A stretch of DNA of 64,000 nucleotides, taken from NCBI GenBank assembly GCA_047495785.1, contig JBLDXI010000033.1, positions 682,001-746,000 on the forward strand. The letters are read 5' to 3'. The notes beneath the pieces are model-generated. The model was not told the origin of the DNA, searched no databases, and saw nothing but the letters and a program-made list of their open reading frames with translations. The position numbers were made by a program, and so were the translations under genes. Origin of the DNA: Lepidodermella squamata (lineage: Eukaryota; Animalia; Gastrotricha). Positions 24,775 to 38,251 of the stretch are shown in pieces (the first letter of the stretch is position 1; each line of letters opens with the position of its first letter).

Positions 24775-27239
24775 ATGATTTTTGTCCGAATTCTGACACT
24801 TGCTGTGATAATTACCGACGTCAAGGCTGATGGCCTTAATTGTTCGAGCAAAGGCCTAGCTAGCATAAATGTGAGAGAAAAATTGATGGAAGACTTGAAG
24901 GAATCAACCATGTCGAACATAAACGTTCCTCCAATCAGTCCTGACGGCAAAATGGTAACGCTCATTTCATCCTTTTACCTTGTCTCCCTTCAAGGCATCA
25001 ACGAACAGGACAATTCGATTTCAAGTTTGTTTGTCTCAATTTCGTAATTTTTAAAATAATATTTTTAAATTCAGTCACCGGAGGCTTTGGTTTGATTTGG
25101 AATGCTGAATCCCTGGGCTATTCATGGAATCCCAACGATTACTGCAACATAACGACGATAACGCTGAATAAAGGACAGGCGGGAACTTGGACCCCAAAAA
25201 TTGCAGTTAAGAACATGATTAATATGGATGACTTGAGGGATTTGATGGAAAAATCGCCGGTTTCGATCGCTTGCAATGGCCAGGCTATCATGTGGTTGTA
25301 CTCAACTTGGGACCTGACATGCAACTTAATACTACGCCCTTTCCCTTTTGATGTACAGGTAAGGCTTAACGCATAGCAGCTTTGATAGGTTTTGATATGA
25401 AATCTAAACAAGGTATGTACAGCAAACATGACACTACTAGGCGAATTTCAATCCGTGGGATTTATGGAAGGGTGGGATTTTAGCCATCTCACTAACCAGA
25501 TTCGATATTTGTCTCGTAATTTTATCAGGATTGTTTTGCCAGTTTGCGCCATAGATTTCATTCCGAATCCTCAGTGGGACTTTTTGGGATCGAGATCATT
25601 CGCAACCAGCAAAGAAGCACACACGTAAGTTATTTTATTTTACAGTGTGATTCAGAAAGGCCGCCCCAACCACGATTAGTATTTTTTTCCTATTGTTCTT
25701 TCCCCACAAAATTTTCTAAGTCCGCGCGTGCCGACACAAAAAAAAATTTCGCAAAAAATAATAATAGGCAAGAATCAAAATAATAAATCTAAAACAACAG
25801 ATACGACTATGATGAAACAAGAATAGATAGGCAGGATGAAGAAAAATCTGAACAGGGAACAGTTTAGTTTTTGACAGAAGAAGCAAAACTACCATTTCGC
25901 ATTTTGAAATTCCGAAAAACTACCATGGGAAATCGATAATTAAATGCGGACTATAACTCTAAAAAGCTAAAACTTTCGTTAGACAAATAAGTGAAACGCA
26001 TGGGAGCAGTGCTTGCTGTTCTTAAAAACACTGAAAAAGCTGTGGAGAAACCTGAAAACAGCTTAAAATAGGACCGAAATTTGATTGATTACTGCAAGCT
26101 TTTTTTGCTATCTGTCGTGGTTGGCGTGATCGAGTTGATGCTCATGATCGGCGTGATCGGCGTGATCGGCGTGATTTGTGTGATCGTCATGAAAAAAACG
26201 CCAAAATTAACGATAATAACACGCGTTCATTCATCACAAAAAACTAGAAAAACTGTCCAATTTTTTCTACGGCCGTGTCAAACACGTGCCTGTTTATGAT
26301 GCGCTCGGGCGCCCTTTCTGAATCACACTGTACGAGCCACTCCTTATGCCTTATTTTTTCACATCAGAGTTCAACTCGTCTTATCGAGGAAGCCGCTTTT
26401 CAACCTGTTAAGGTCAGTTATTCAAGTTAAACTTTGAGCGACAATCTCTTGGTGGGGTCAAAAGGATCTTACCTTAAGCTTAACATAATTTCTTCTAATT
26501 ATTTCAATAATGAACAAGCTGAAATTCACCAAGATGCTTGAATCTTTCTTACTATATATTCAGTCTTATTGTGCCATCTATACTTCTGGGCGTATCGGGA
26601 GCCGCGATGTTCATTATTCCGCGTAAGCTTTTATACAAGCAATGCTCCAAATTATTTGAAAACTGCGATGATTTTTCATGTCTGCCTAGCCGATAGTGGT
26701 GAAAAGATGGGAGTGTGTTTTGTTGTCCTTCTCACCTTCTTCTTCATCTTCTCGACGGTGATCAGCTCATTCCCTCCGAATTCAACAAACATCCCTGTTT
26801 TGTACTACGTAATTTCCACTGAAATAGCTTTTAAATTTATTTTCTGATTTCCATTTTTCCTCAGTACTTGCTGTCTTTATTCGCGTTGACCATTCTCGGC
26901 ACCGTTGTAGCTGCCTTAATTTTGAATTTCGCCGCCAAGGCCAAGCTCATCGAAGACAAGGAGAAGCGGCTGAGAGTTGTTAAAATGACCATTTGGGCAA
27001 ATAACATTTCGCTTTTTATTTATCTATTGGGTGTCGTTGTAGCTAACGTTCTGTTCATCCTTGCTATTTGTGATTTACTTATTTTTGAAAACGCTTCGGA
27101 CGATGGGACGGAATTTATCACAGTCAGGAACGAGCGATATATCAGGCCTAAAGTGAACGATGAATGTGCGAGTTGTTATGCTATCGATTTGGAAGGCAAC
27201 TTGTACAACAATGGGCGATGCAACTTCAGCTATTTCTAG
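24775..27239 (+). CDS. Divergent Cys-loop LGIC subunit, type A copy 2
   Basis: Signal peptide, TWTPKI, Cys-loop CNLILRPFPFDVQVC, GEKMGVCFVVLLTFF, very short M3-M4 loop. Confidence 0.88.
25643..26330. mobile_element. Non-autonomous Tc1/mariner-type element in an intron
   Basis: TIR CAGTGTGATTCAGAAAGG / CCTTTCTGAATCACACTG flanked by TA; absent from paralogous introns; internal GGCGTGATC repeats. Confidence 0.88.
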
Positions 27240-27431
27240 TGAAAAAACTCATAGTTTTAGTAAAAATGACTGGGACTACTCCATAACAGTCAAAGATAAC
27301 GATAGAGACCTAAACAGCCGAAACCTTTCGATTGTTCTCGTTGCGCAACAATCGAAAGGTTTCGCTGTTCTAAAGACACTAATCTCATATAATTGTAATG
27401 AAAATGGTTAATAGATTTTTTTCAAAATTAG

Positions 27432-29176
27432 ATGGAAATTTATTTGATTTATTTTGTTTTATCTTGCTGCATCGCGCGTGTTGATTGCGAAATTCCACAT
27501 GTCATAAAATTCCTCGATGGAGCAATCAAAACCTTGTCTATGGAGCCGAACGTCGATCCGGTTGACGAAAATGGTACCGTCAACGTTTCAGTCGATATAG
27601 CGCTAATGTCGCTGAACAGCGTCGACGATCAAGCCAATAAACTAATCCTGAATGCGAATATTTGGCTGCACTGGGTGCTACCTGAGGGTTATATTAATAT
27701 GACACAGTTGTTGAGTCTGAACACTTCGATTATAACGAATGACCTGCCGAAATGGAAGGATCGATATATCACTATTTCGAAACCTATGGACAACATGTGG
27801 ACGCCAGCTATAATTCCTTTCAACTGCCTGAATTTAAAATGTTGGTTTTTATGGCATTTTTGTCGCGAATTTATATTTTGATTAGCCCAATTTTTATGTT
27901 AATATATATTTTCAACTATAATTTTCAGCTTGGCGAGATGCTATGGATAAAACTGCCGTCAATGTCAAAGGCACCGACGTGTATTGGCCTCTTTACACAA
28001 ATTTAGAAATCTATTGCCAGTTCGTCATCTCTTGAAATATATCTGCAGGAATATGTTATCCCTGTTCTTTCAGGTTTTCTTTGGAAACTTATCCGTTCGA
28101 TCTCCAAGTATGGAAAATTCATAATATTAAAAGTTCCTAATTTAAACTGAGTCATTTGCAAGATTTGCATGATTTCCATTGGGACGCTGAATCCTAGTAT
28201 TCAGCTGACAAAACCTGCCGACCCATGGCCTTGTGCAATGGTAGAGTTTTCCATATATCTTCCCGTTTATTACTCGTACATTTCAGGGAAGGGTCAGGGA
28301 CAATCCACAATGGCGGTATTATGGAATGCGGTTTCACAAACCAGAGCAACTCGACGAAGTGCAAATTTGGATAGCTTTGGAAAGGCGCAGCCAGTTTCCT
28401 GTCCTAAGTCTCATTTGCCCTACAGTTCTGCTCGCGATTTCCGGCCTTGCAATTTTCTTGACTCCGCCCAATTCGGAGGAAAAAATGAATATTGAATTTT
28501 TCGGTATTTTTCAATATTATTTTGGAATTTTTATTAAAAAGCCTTATTTTATTAGTTATTTTCGACAGCGTTTCCGACTCTTTACCAGCTATATCGAATC
28601 CTAATGGAATGCCATATATTTACTGGGTTTGTCAGAATGGAAAACGTTTATTAATCATTGAACAATTCAAATTCTTAGTATCTTTTCGCGCTATTTGTGA
28701 CGACATCAATCGCAACGGTAAGTCCGTAGTTTAAGGCGAGTTTGCTCGATTTAACATAGAAATTAACCGTCCGCCAGATTTATGCAGCTATTCTACTTCG
28801 ATACGCTGACTCGGTCGAAAGCCCTCAAAGCAACCCCAAAGGACTGACGCTATTGTGTTGCAAGAAACGCCGCGTCGCACCTAGTCTCAGCAAAAAGCGG
28901 CGCTCAAATTCGATAATTGAAGCGAGCAATGTCGAGGAAAACAGAGAAAACATGCGAAGGCGGGTTGAAATCGCTAACCTAATCGGCATTATCGTTTATA
29001 CTGTTATGGTCACCCTCATCAGCCTTGTTATTTTCGGTTTCTACTACGCTAGCAATGTTGAGAACAATCCTGTTCTTGTTTACGAAGGCGGATATAGTCT
29101 TGCAACGCTAAACGGAACCTTAAAATCTTATAACATCAGTGGTCAAATTTATTACGATGGTGATATTTGCCTTTGA
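27432..29176 (+). CDS. Cys-loop LGIC subunit type B copy 2 (in-frame 6-codon loss in M2)
   Basis: Paralog of 20019-21799; EEKMNIEFF versus EEKMNIACTVLLSFF. Confidence 0.8.
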
Positions 29177-29489
29177 CATTTGACACATTTCTTATGTTGA
29201 GAGAAAACTTCTGAATAAAAACTGTTCATCACCCTATACCTATGCCGAATTGATATCCTGAGTCCTTGGATCCACGCTGTCAGTAGTCAGGAGGTTCGAA
29301 AGTTCGCGCCGACTGAAATCGTTTCGGGACAAGGTTTCGGGTAATTTCTACCGTTGCTCGTCATTTTGGATCATCGAATTTTCGCGTATTTGGGTCATCT
29401 TCTATCGTCTGCCGCCGAATTCGGTTACATCGCTATGTGTCATCTAAGTTCCATCAACTCCTAGCTCGTCGTTGAAAATACCTGGATAG

Positions 29490-30197
29490 AAGAAAAAATG
29501 CGAAGGCGGGTGAACAAAATCGTCATTATCGGCTATATTGCTTGATTTACGGTCCCAGAAACGCAGAAGAAAGCTGACGTTGTGCGGAGACGCATGATTG
29601 ACGTTGTGCGGTTCTGGGGAATGAACCCGTGCGTCATCGCAGCCAGTGAGACGCTGTGACCACTCGACTACTCGCTCCCCTGTTGGCGAAGGTACACATA
29701 GCGATGGAACCTAAATCTAAACGGAACTTATAAATTATATCAGATCAACGTTAAATTCATCACCCTTTGAAGTCGCTACAGCTCAAGTATTCCATTCCGA
29801 AATATAAGTGCGCGGGGCTTTTCAAAGCAGTTCGGCTAAACAAAAATCAGCAATGGTTCACACGCCGCAGTCGTCCCGTGATTATACCGCGTCGTAGTTT
29901 CGTAAGGCATGACGACATTAAGGGGGCATATAAAAAGAAATTATTTATCTTGTTTAGCTATGAATCTGCTACACGAATCGCAATTCGCCGCAAAATCGAT
30001 TTTGTTAACGATGTTGGAATTATTCTTGAATTATTGCCAAAGGACTAGCGGTTACTCTTGTTTTGCTTGTCGTTATTTGCCTTCACGTATCTTATAACTC
30101 GATTTTTCCGACGCCGATAGGAAAAGACGACGGAAGATGGAACGCCATCGACGGAATGCAATACCACCTGTCAAATTACAAATTCTAGCTATGTTGA
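29490..30197 (+). pseudogene. Decayed fragments of a type B tail and of the relic paralog
   Basis: 29490-29760 aligns in pieces to 21580-21770; 29790-30197 aligns to 24330-24700 with stops and frameshifts. Confidence 0.6.
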
Positions 30198-30271
30198 TAA
30201 ACAATTAACAAAAGGATAAAGAAACCGATTTTAGCTTTCTCATTTTCGTTGGTTTTCTTGAAACTAGCAAA

Positions 30272-32160
30272 ATGATGTTTGTCGCAATTCTGAGACTTGC
30301 TGTGATACTTACCGGGGTCAGAGCTGATGGCATTGATTGTTCAAGCAGAGGTTTAGCTAACATGAATGTGAGAAGAAAATTGATGGATGACTTGAAGGAC
30401 TCAACCGTGTCCAACATAAATGTTCCTCCAATCAGTCCTGACGGCAAAATGGTAACGCTCATTTCAAAATTTTACCTCGTCTCCCTTCAAGGCATCAACG
30501 AGCAGGACAATTCGATTTCACGTTTGTTCAACTTATTTTCCTTTCTGTTAACAGCATTTTTTAATCCAGTCACTGGGGGCTTTGGTTTGACTTGGAATGC
30601 CGCATCCCTGGGTTATACGTGGGACCCCAGCGAATACTGCAACATAACGTCGATAACACTGAATAAAGGACAGGCCGCAACTTGGACCCCGAAAATAGCG
30701 GTTGAAAATATGATTAATATGGATGACTTGAGGGATCTAATGGAAAAGTCGCCGGTTTCAATCGTTTCCAATGGCCAGGCTATCATGTGGTTGTACTCAA
30801 CTTGGGACCTGACATGCAACTTAATACTACGCCCTTTCCCGTTTGACGTACAGGTAAGGCTTGACACATATCAGCTTTGATTGGTTTTAATACAAAATGT
30901 AAATAAGGTTTGTACAGCAAACATGACTCTGCTCGGCGAATTTGCATCAGTGGGATTCATGGAAGGGTGAGAATGTCGCCCCACACTTGATAATGACCGG
31001 AATCGTAATTTTTCAGGGTTGTTTTGTCGGCTTGTGCTATAGCATTCATTCCGAATCCTCAGTGGGAATTTATGGGATCGAGATCATTTGCAATCAGCCC
31101 AGATTCACATACGTAAGCCCTTCGAACAGCGACTCCATCTGACATCCATCTCCATTTGATCTTACTTCACATCAGAGTTCAATTTGTCTTTTCGAGGAAT
31201 CCACTTTTCAACCTGCTAAGGTCAGTTCAAGTAATAATCTTGTGCGAAGTAATCCCTTAATGCTTAGTGGTGATTTTAGTGAATCCTCACAGTTTCAAAT
31301 GCTGAATTGTCCCAAAAATCCTTTAATAATGTTAATTTAATGTCATAAGGCCCAGTTCCAGAACAGGAAAGGAACATGCAGTAATCATGAGTTTTCAGGA
31401 ACAAATTCGATTTGTTTTAAACCATTTTTTCGGTTAAGAAATGTATAATATTATTAATCTTACAGCACGTTGAATCTTCCTTCCCATTCTCAGTCTTATA
31501 GGGCCAACTATACTTCTGGGTGTATCGGGAGCCGCTATGTTCATCATTCCGCGTAATCTTCACAGAAATTTTTCTTTTTGTTTTATTCACCTGTTCTTCA
31601 TGTGGTTCTAGCTGACAGTGGCGAAAAAATGAGCGTGTGTTTTGTTGTCCTTCTCACCTTCTTTTTCGTGTTCTCGACGGTCATCAGCTCGTTCCCGCCG
31701 AATTCAACAAATATCCCCTATTTGTACTACGTAATTTCGATGAAAAGCCCTTGGTGATTTTTTCTGATTTCTATGATGTTTTCTTAAGTACTTGCTGGCA
31801 TTATTTACGCTGGCCATTGTTGGCACCGTTGTTGCAGCCTTAATTTTGAATTTCGCCGCCAAGGCCAAGCTCATCAAAAGCATGGAGAAGCGGCTGAAAG
31901 TTGTAAAAGTCACCATTTGGGCCAATAACATTTCGCTTTTTATCTATCTACTGGGCGTCATTATTGCTAACGTTCTGTTCATTCTCGCAATTTGGGAAAT
32001 ACTCATTTCGGATACCGGAGAATGGGACGATGAGGCGGAATTTACAACTGTAAGGAACGAGCAATATATCATACCTAAAGTTGACGACAAATGTGAGAGT
32101 TGTTACGCTTTTGATTCAGAAGGGAACTTGTGCAACAACGGGCCATGCAACTATTTCTAA
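30272..32160 (+). CDS. Cys-loop LGIC subunit type A copy 3
   Basis: Same exon structure and motifs as 24775-27239. Confidence 0.88.
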
Positions 32161-32218
32161 TGCGAAATCTCTTAAGTGTAGGTAGTAAAAATGACTAATT
32201 AATTCTTTTCTAAATTAG

Positions 32219-34094
32219 ATGAACATTTATTTGAATTATTGTTTTATTTTTTGCTGCATCGCGCGAGTCGATTGCGAAATTGCACATGTCATTAAACTCA
32301 TCGATGGAGCAATGAAAGCCTTATCAATGGAGCCGAACGTCGATCCGGTTAACGAAAATGGCACTGTCCATGTCTCAGTCGATATCGTGCTAATATCGCT
32401 GAACAGCGTCGCCGATGAAGCCAGTAAGCTGACACTGAATGCGAATATTTGGCTGAACTGGGCGCTACCTGATGGTTACTTTAATATCACGCAGCTCATG
32501 GGACTGAACACTTCGCTTTTGAAGGGCGATCTGTCGCAATGGAGTAAGCGATCTTTCACTATATCGAAACCTATGGACACCATGTGGACACCAGCTATAA
32601 TTCCATTCAACAGCCTCAATTTGAAATGTTAGTTTGTTACATTTTTTCGCGCCTAATTCAAAATGAGGTGGGGGGGGGGGGGGAGTTTTCTGCCACTAAT
32701 TTTGGAATCCCTGCCACCAAATAGAAAAATCTAAAAATTGCCAACAAAGTCAGGTTTCTTGACCCTAGAATCTAAAACAAAGCTTGCCACCAATTTTTCA
32801 ACTGTAATTTTCAGCTTGGCGAGATGCTATGGATAAAACTGCTGTCAATATCAGAGGCAATGGAGCATATTGGCCTCTTTACACTATTTTAGAATTATAT
32901 TGCCAGTATGTCGTCTCGTATATTAACATCAAAAACATGCAGTTAATCCCTGTTTTCAGATTTAACTTGGTAACTTATCCGTTCGATCTCCAAGTATGAA
33001 ACATGCATACTACAAGTTCATATTTATACTAGTCATTTGAAAAGGTTTGCATGATTTCGATTGGGACGCTGAATCCCAATATTTGGCTAACAAAACCTAC
33101 CGATTCAAGGCCTTGTGCAATGGTAACATTATCCACATATACTTTCATCTTCGCGTTAACTTCAAAAATTTTTCGCATTTCAGGGAAGGGTCAGGGACAA
33201 TCCACAATGGCGGTATTATGGAATGAGGTTTCACAAGGTTGAGCTAACCAATGAAGTGCAAATTTGGATAGCGTTCGAAAGGCGCAGCCAGTTTCCTGTC
33301 CTAAGTCTCATTTGCCCTACAGTTCTGCTCGCAATTTCCGGCCTGGCAATCTTCTTGACTCCGCCCAATTCGGAGGAAAAAATGAGCGTCGCATTCACTG
33401 TGTTGTTGTCATTTTTCGGTAATTTTCAATATTATTTTGGAATTTTTATTAAAAAGCCATATGTTATTAGTAATTTTTGACAGCATTTCCAGCGCTTTAC
33501 CAGCTATATCGAACCTGGATGGCATGCCGCTCATTTATTGGGTTCGTTAAACAAATATACTGATTAAATTCTTTAAATTAGCAGATTGCAATTTCAGTAT
33601 ATTTTTGCCCTATTTGTAACGACATCAATCGCAACGGTAAGTCCATAATCGAGGTCATTTCAAATCTGATTTGCTTATGTAATTTCCAGATCTATGCTGC
33701 CATTGTACTTCGATACGCCGACTCGGTCGAAAGCACTCAAAGCAACCCCAAAGGATCGTCACTAAAGTGTTGTAAAAAACACCACATCGCACCTGGTATA
33801 GACAAAAAGCGGCGCTCAAATTCGATAATTGATGCGAGCAATGACGAGGAAAACAGAGAAAAATTGCGAAGGCGGGTTGAAACTGCTAACAAAATCGGCA
33901 TTGTCGGCTATGCTGGCATGGTCACCCTCATCAGCCTTGTTATTTTCGGTCTCTACTCTGCTAGCATTGCCGAGAATAAGCCTATTCTTGTTGGCGAAGG
34001 CGCACTTCACGATGGAAATCTAAATTTAAACGGAACTTATAAATTATATAAAATCAACGGTGAAATTTATTACGATGTTGATTTTTGTCGCTGA
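32219..34094 (+). CDS. Cys-loop LGIC subunit type B copy 3
   Basis: Same structure as 20019-21799; EEKMSVAFTVLLSFF. Confidence 0.88.
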
Positions 34095-34127
34095 CACCTT
34101 TTCACATGCTATTATTAGAAACAAGTT

Positions 34128-36405
34128 ATGAATAAAATTATTCTATTATTTTTGCCGAATTTGCAACACCTCGTTTTCAGCATTGACTGCTCGAATAAGA
34201 GCGCTTTCGCCGGCGATCTGGCGAACATGACGGCGGAAAATGGCGGTGTGGATAATTACTACGCTTTTTTAAGGCGGAAGCTTCGCGCCAAAACCGAATC
34301 TAACATCAACATCATGCCAATCGACTACTTCAAGGGTATTCCGATGGGTATGCCGCTGACCGAAATTTCTTTCTACTTGAATTCGATCGAGGATGTTGAT
34401 GCAAGTGGTAATAGTATTACTGTGAATGGAGTCGTCGAAATACGATGGGATGCTTCACCTCTCGGCTATGAATGGGTTGATGACCCACTGGCTTGTTACA
34501 TTGACCGAATAACTATTAATAAGTTGGTTAATTTCACCACGAAATCAAATGTTATTAATGTTTTTTTCGAAAAGGGGTCAAGCAGAGATGTGGACACCGA
34601 AAGTTGCGTTGACGAATATGTTGAACTTGAACGATTTTCGCGATGCTCTCGAGGCCAGCCCGGTAGAACTAAACAAATTCGGAAAAGCGAAATGGCGCAT
34701 CTATTCGACTTATGAACTCAGCTGTGAGTTTATCATGGTCAATTTTCCGTTCGATTATCAAGTCTGCGGTGAGAAATAATCTTTTTTCGTCGAAAATGTA
34801 GTCGATTTTTTCGATGCAGGATTCAACTTGTCGCAAGTCGCCGAGTTCGGAGTTGTTCAATTCAACGCGTCATTTCAGAAGCCCATTTGCACGGCCATGT
34901 ACTTGGAGAACCCGCAATGGGACTTTATCGGCAGCCGGCATGAAAATATCAACCTTCAAGATAGAACTATCAGCTTCGAACAGTAATAATTCAAATTTCG
35001 GTCTCACAATTGAGCGATTTTTTACCATTTCATTGCAGGGTTCGGTTCATCATTAGCCGCAAGCCGTTGTTCCATATAATCACGTAAACCCTCACAAAAG
35101 GTCACCGAATTTATTTTGAATTGTTTTGAAAGGCTGATCACTCCGACCATTTTTCTCGGCATCGCGGGCAGCACTATTTGTATGGAAGAATTTCCCCCAA
35201 TTTTTTTCTACTTTTTCCTAACAAATTTTGAGCAGTTATTGTCGGAGCCGGGAGCACTGAGAAAATGGGCGTGTCATTCACGGTTCTGCTCAGCTTTTTC
35301 CTGATATTATCAACTGTAGTCGACAATTTGCCACCAAACTCTGAAAACATGTCGCTGTTCAATCACGTAATTTTATTTTTAGAATTTCATTTCGAGGAAA
35401 AGAATTTCAAAAGCTTGGCAGCAAACGCGAACTAATAAAAAAGGTCATTTTGATTAGGTATTTTTCCTGAATGATGAGGTTTGTACACAAAATGACGCCT
35501 AATTTTATGTAATAAATTTTAAAAATTTGAAATCAAAATTATTAAAAAATATGAAAGTTAAATATTAATTAAAAAAACTAAATTCTTAAATTTAAATTAA
35601 ATTAAATCAGAAAATTCTAGAAAATTTTGAAAAACCACATCACGCAACTCGCTAATAATTATTCAAAATGTTGCGCTATTTTTTGTCTGATTTCTTAAAA
35701 ATTCTTAAAAGTTCTTCAGCCAAAAAATTGAAATTGATTGAACTTGAAAGCCAAATTATATCGTTTTAAATTTAATTTTCAAAATTTTCTCAGTATGTCT
35801 TGAGCTTATTCTGTCTCGCCATGGCTGCCACCCTGTACTCGGCCGTAATTCTCCACTTCGGAACCCTAATGAAGCGTGACGAGTTTCGCAAGGTCATCAT
35901 CGACGTTATGGAGCGCAATGGCCTAGCAATGCCATCAGCAGATCATGAAGCTCAGTCTACTAACGCTATGGGGGCGATTCGCAGCCGAGCCAACTCTCAA
36001 GTCGGTCCCGAAGATGCCACCCCTCGTCGGCCTTCAATCGGCGCAGCCTTGCGACGACGCCCTAAGGTGACAGGGTTGTCTGTAGCACCGCGTCATTTGT
36101 ACCTGGCTAACAATATCGGTCTAATCCTATACATCAGCGGGGTCGCAATCAGCACGGTGACCTTTGCTATCGTAATTGGATACTGTCGTTACAAACAAGG
36201 CCCGGTACCGATTAAGGACGGCATAATGAAGGGCATGTTGAATTTGGGTAACAAAACGTTTTTCCCGCCTATGACTGGAAGTGATTGGGACGACTGTTTC
36301 TGCTGTAAAATCGACGCGAAATCGGAAACGCTGTTCGAAGCGACCAAATTCTGCTGCAACGTTCTGACAATCAAAGCTGAAAACTATGCTAACTATGATT
36401 ATTAA
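34128..36405 (+). CDS. Cys-loop LGIC subunit type C
   Basis: MWTPKV, CEFIMVNFPFDYQ, ENPQW, TEKMGVSFTVLLSFF, longer M3-M4 loop, Cys-rich C-terminal tail. Confidence 0.85.
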
Positions 36406-37444
36406 GTGATTACTTAAGTCTGTTGATATTTCCCGCCATAATTCTAGTAAATTTTCGCCTAAAGCGATCTGTGTCTTTTTTCCCTGGCGTGGCTTAATTG
36501 CATCGAGGTTTCACTAATCCAGGCACGAGAAGAATCTATTTTTTGTCTCTATATAATCATCACTGTCACTCGTCGAGAAGTAGTCGAAAAAAAACAAGCC
36601 GGTAATCCTTATAGCCAGTCAACAGCTCAAGGTAAGCTTGTAAATGTCACTTGCATCTGGAACACGCGCTTTACGACTTCAGCGAGGCGGAAATGACGCA
36701 AATATATTTATAAAACGCATTATGCGGTGGTTTGGCGGTGCGCCAAGGCGGCTAACAACACGACTGCAGGGCTTTTAAATTTGTATAAAAAAAACATTAT
36801 ACCTATCAAATCCTTGTTTTTGAAATTATTAATTTAGCACTAACCTGGATTTTTACGACTCTATATAAATTGAGCACCAGGCACGCAAGAATAATCAATT
36901 AGTTTTACCGCAGCCGGATGTGCGACCTTGAATCATCGGCGGACGTGTCTTAAGTGTCGAGTTAAGTTTGGAGTCAAGGCCCAAAATGTTGATTCACTCT
37001 TCCTATTTCGCATCCGATAGAGAACTTATATTGGACAACTTTTTGCAGCATTATAACGATCGAGCGATTTTCATTCATAATTTGATAGATAAGCAGATTA
37101 ATGAAGAGATGAAATGTACGATTACCCTTAGAATTGCGTTTTTTTGTGTCATCCTAATGCCAAACACGTGCAATTAGAATGTTGCGAATAATCCTCTTCA
37201 ATTTAACAAGGTTAGTTACGGAGCAACTAAGAAGGTGATTTCGCACAGTATCGCGACATCATGTCACATGCAATTAAATTCTGTCCTTAGACTCGGAAAA
37301 ATTGTTGATCAGCCGGGTAATTAATTTAATCGCAAATATGTACAACAAACGCGTTCTTTATATTTTTTAAGTTCATTCGGCTTGGTTGTGCTTTCAAATG
37401 ATTTTTCAACTTACAATAATATAGAGAGAAAACATTAATATATT

Positions 37445-38103
37445 ATGATTGCGTGCCTTTTACTTGCCGCGATTTCTTCTGGAGCGAGCTCTGTTATAGC
37501 TCAGCAGCAGTCGTTGGTTACGTCAACGGACCTGCCTGTCGTCTCAGCTCAAACTGTCTCACCTCTTGCAAAGCCATTCACCATACAATTCCAGCAACAA
37601 CTTTCAAATGATTCGCTTAGCTTCACATTAAAACGTTAGTTCAATTATTTTAAGGAGGAATTTTTATTTATTTATTTTTGTTTTCTTTAGTGAAAATGCG
37701 TGAGTTGCTCATTCGCCATTCATCGAAGGATAGTGATCCGAATTCACAAAATAAATGGCTGTTGGCAATTATCCAGCAATTGGCTCAAATATTAGGCGAC
37801 TGGAGGCGGCGGAACGACTGCGTTAATACTCCGATTGTCCTACATCCAAACAGCAAGCAAAATTTGACGAATCTAACGCACGCCGAACTGAGATGTGTCC
37901 AGGCGTCGCGAGTTGTCAACCGATATCTACGCGCTATCATCAACAAGCACGTGGCAAACGTTAAGCATGAACGGCATGAGCGGTGCTTGAAAATTTTCGC
38001 AAATTCGCGATCAGTCTGCGAACAGAATTCAGCCTTCTACGTTTGGGCGAAAATTTTGGCCGGCAAGATAAAAGACGGGAAAATTGTGAAAATTCGTCGT
38101 TGA
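37445..38103 (+). CDS. Small secreted protein of unknown family, 2 exons (intron 37635-37690)
   Basis: Signal peptide, in-frame splice, 4 Cys in a helical-looking domain, AATAAA after the stop. Confidence 0.6.
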
Positions 38104-38251
38104 AAATATAATCGTATTTTTTTTATAAACAATGAAATAAATTTTCTTTCATTCCATATGTATTTATTGGTTTTTTTTCATTCGGCACAGAATACGCGCG
38201 ACACAAAAGCTTTTGATTAATCATATGAGAGAAAGAGCGATTTTTTTGCGA

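Noticed and set aside
26081-26299. Hydrophobic ORF with GVI repeats
   Set aside because: Product of the 9-bp GGCGTGATC repeat inside the Tc1/mariner-type element
32655-32800. Poly-G tract and TGCCAC repeats in a B3 intron
   Set aside because: Probably a small insertion, but boundaries are unsupported and homopolymer length is unreliable
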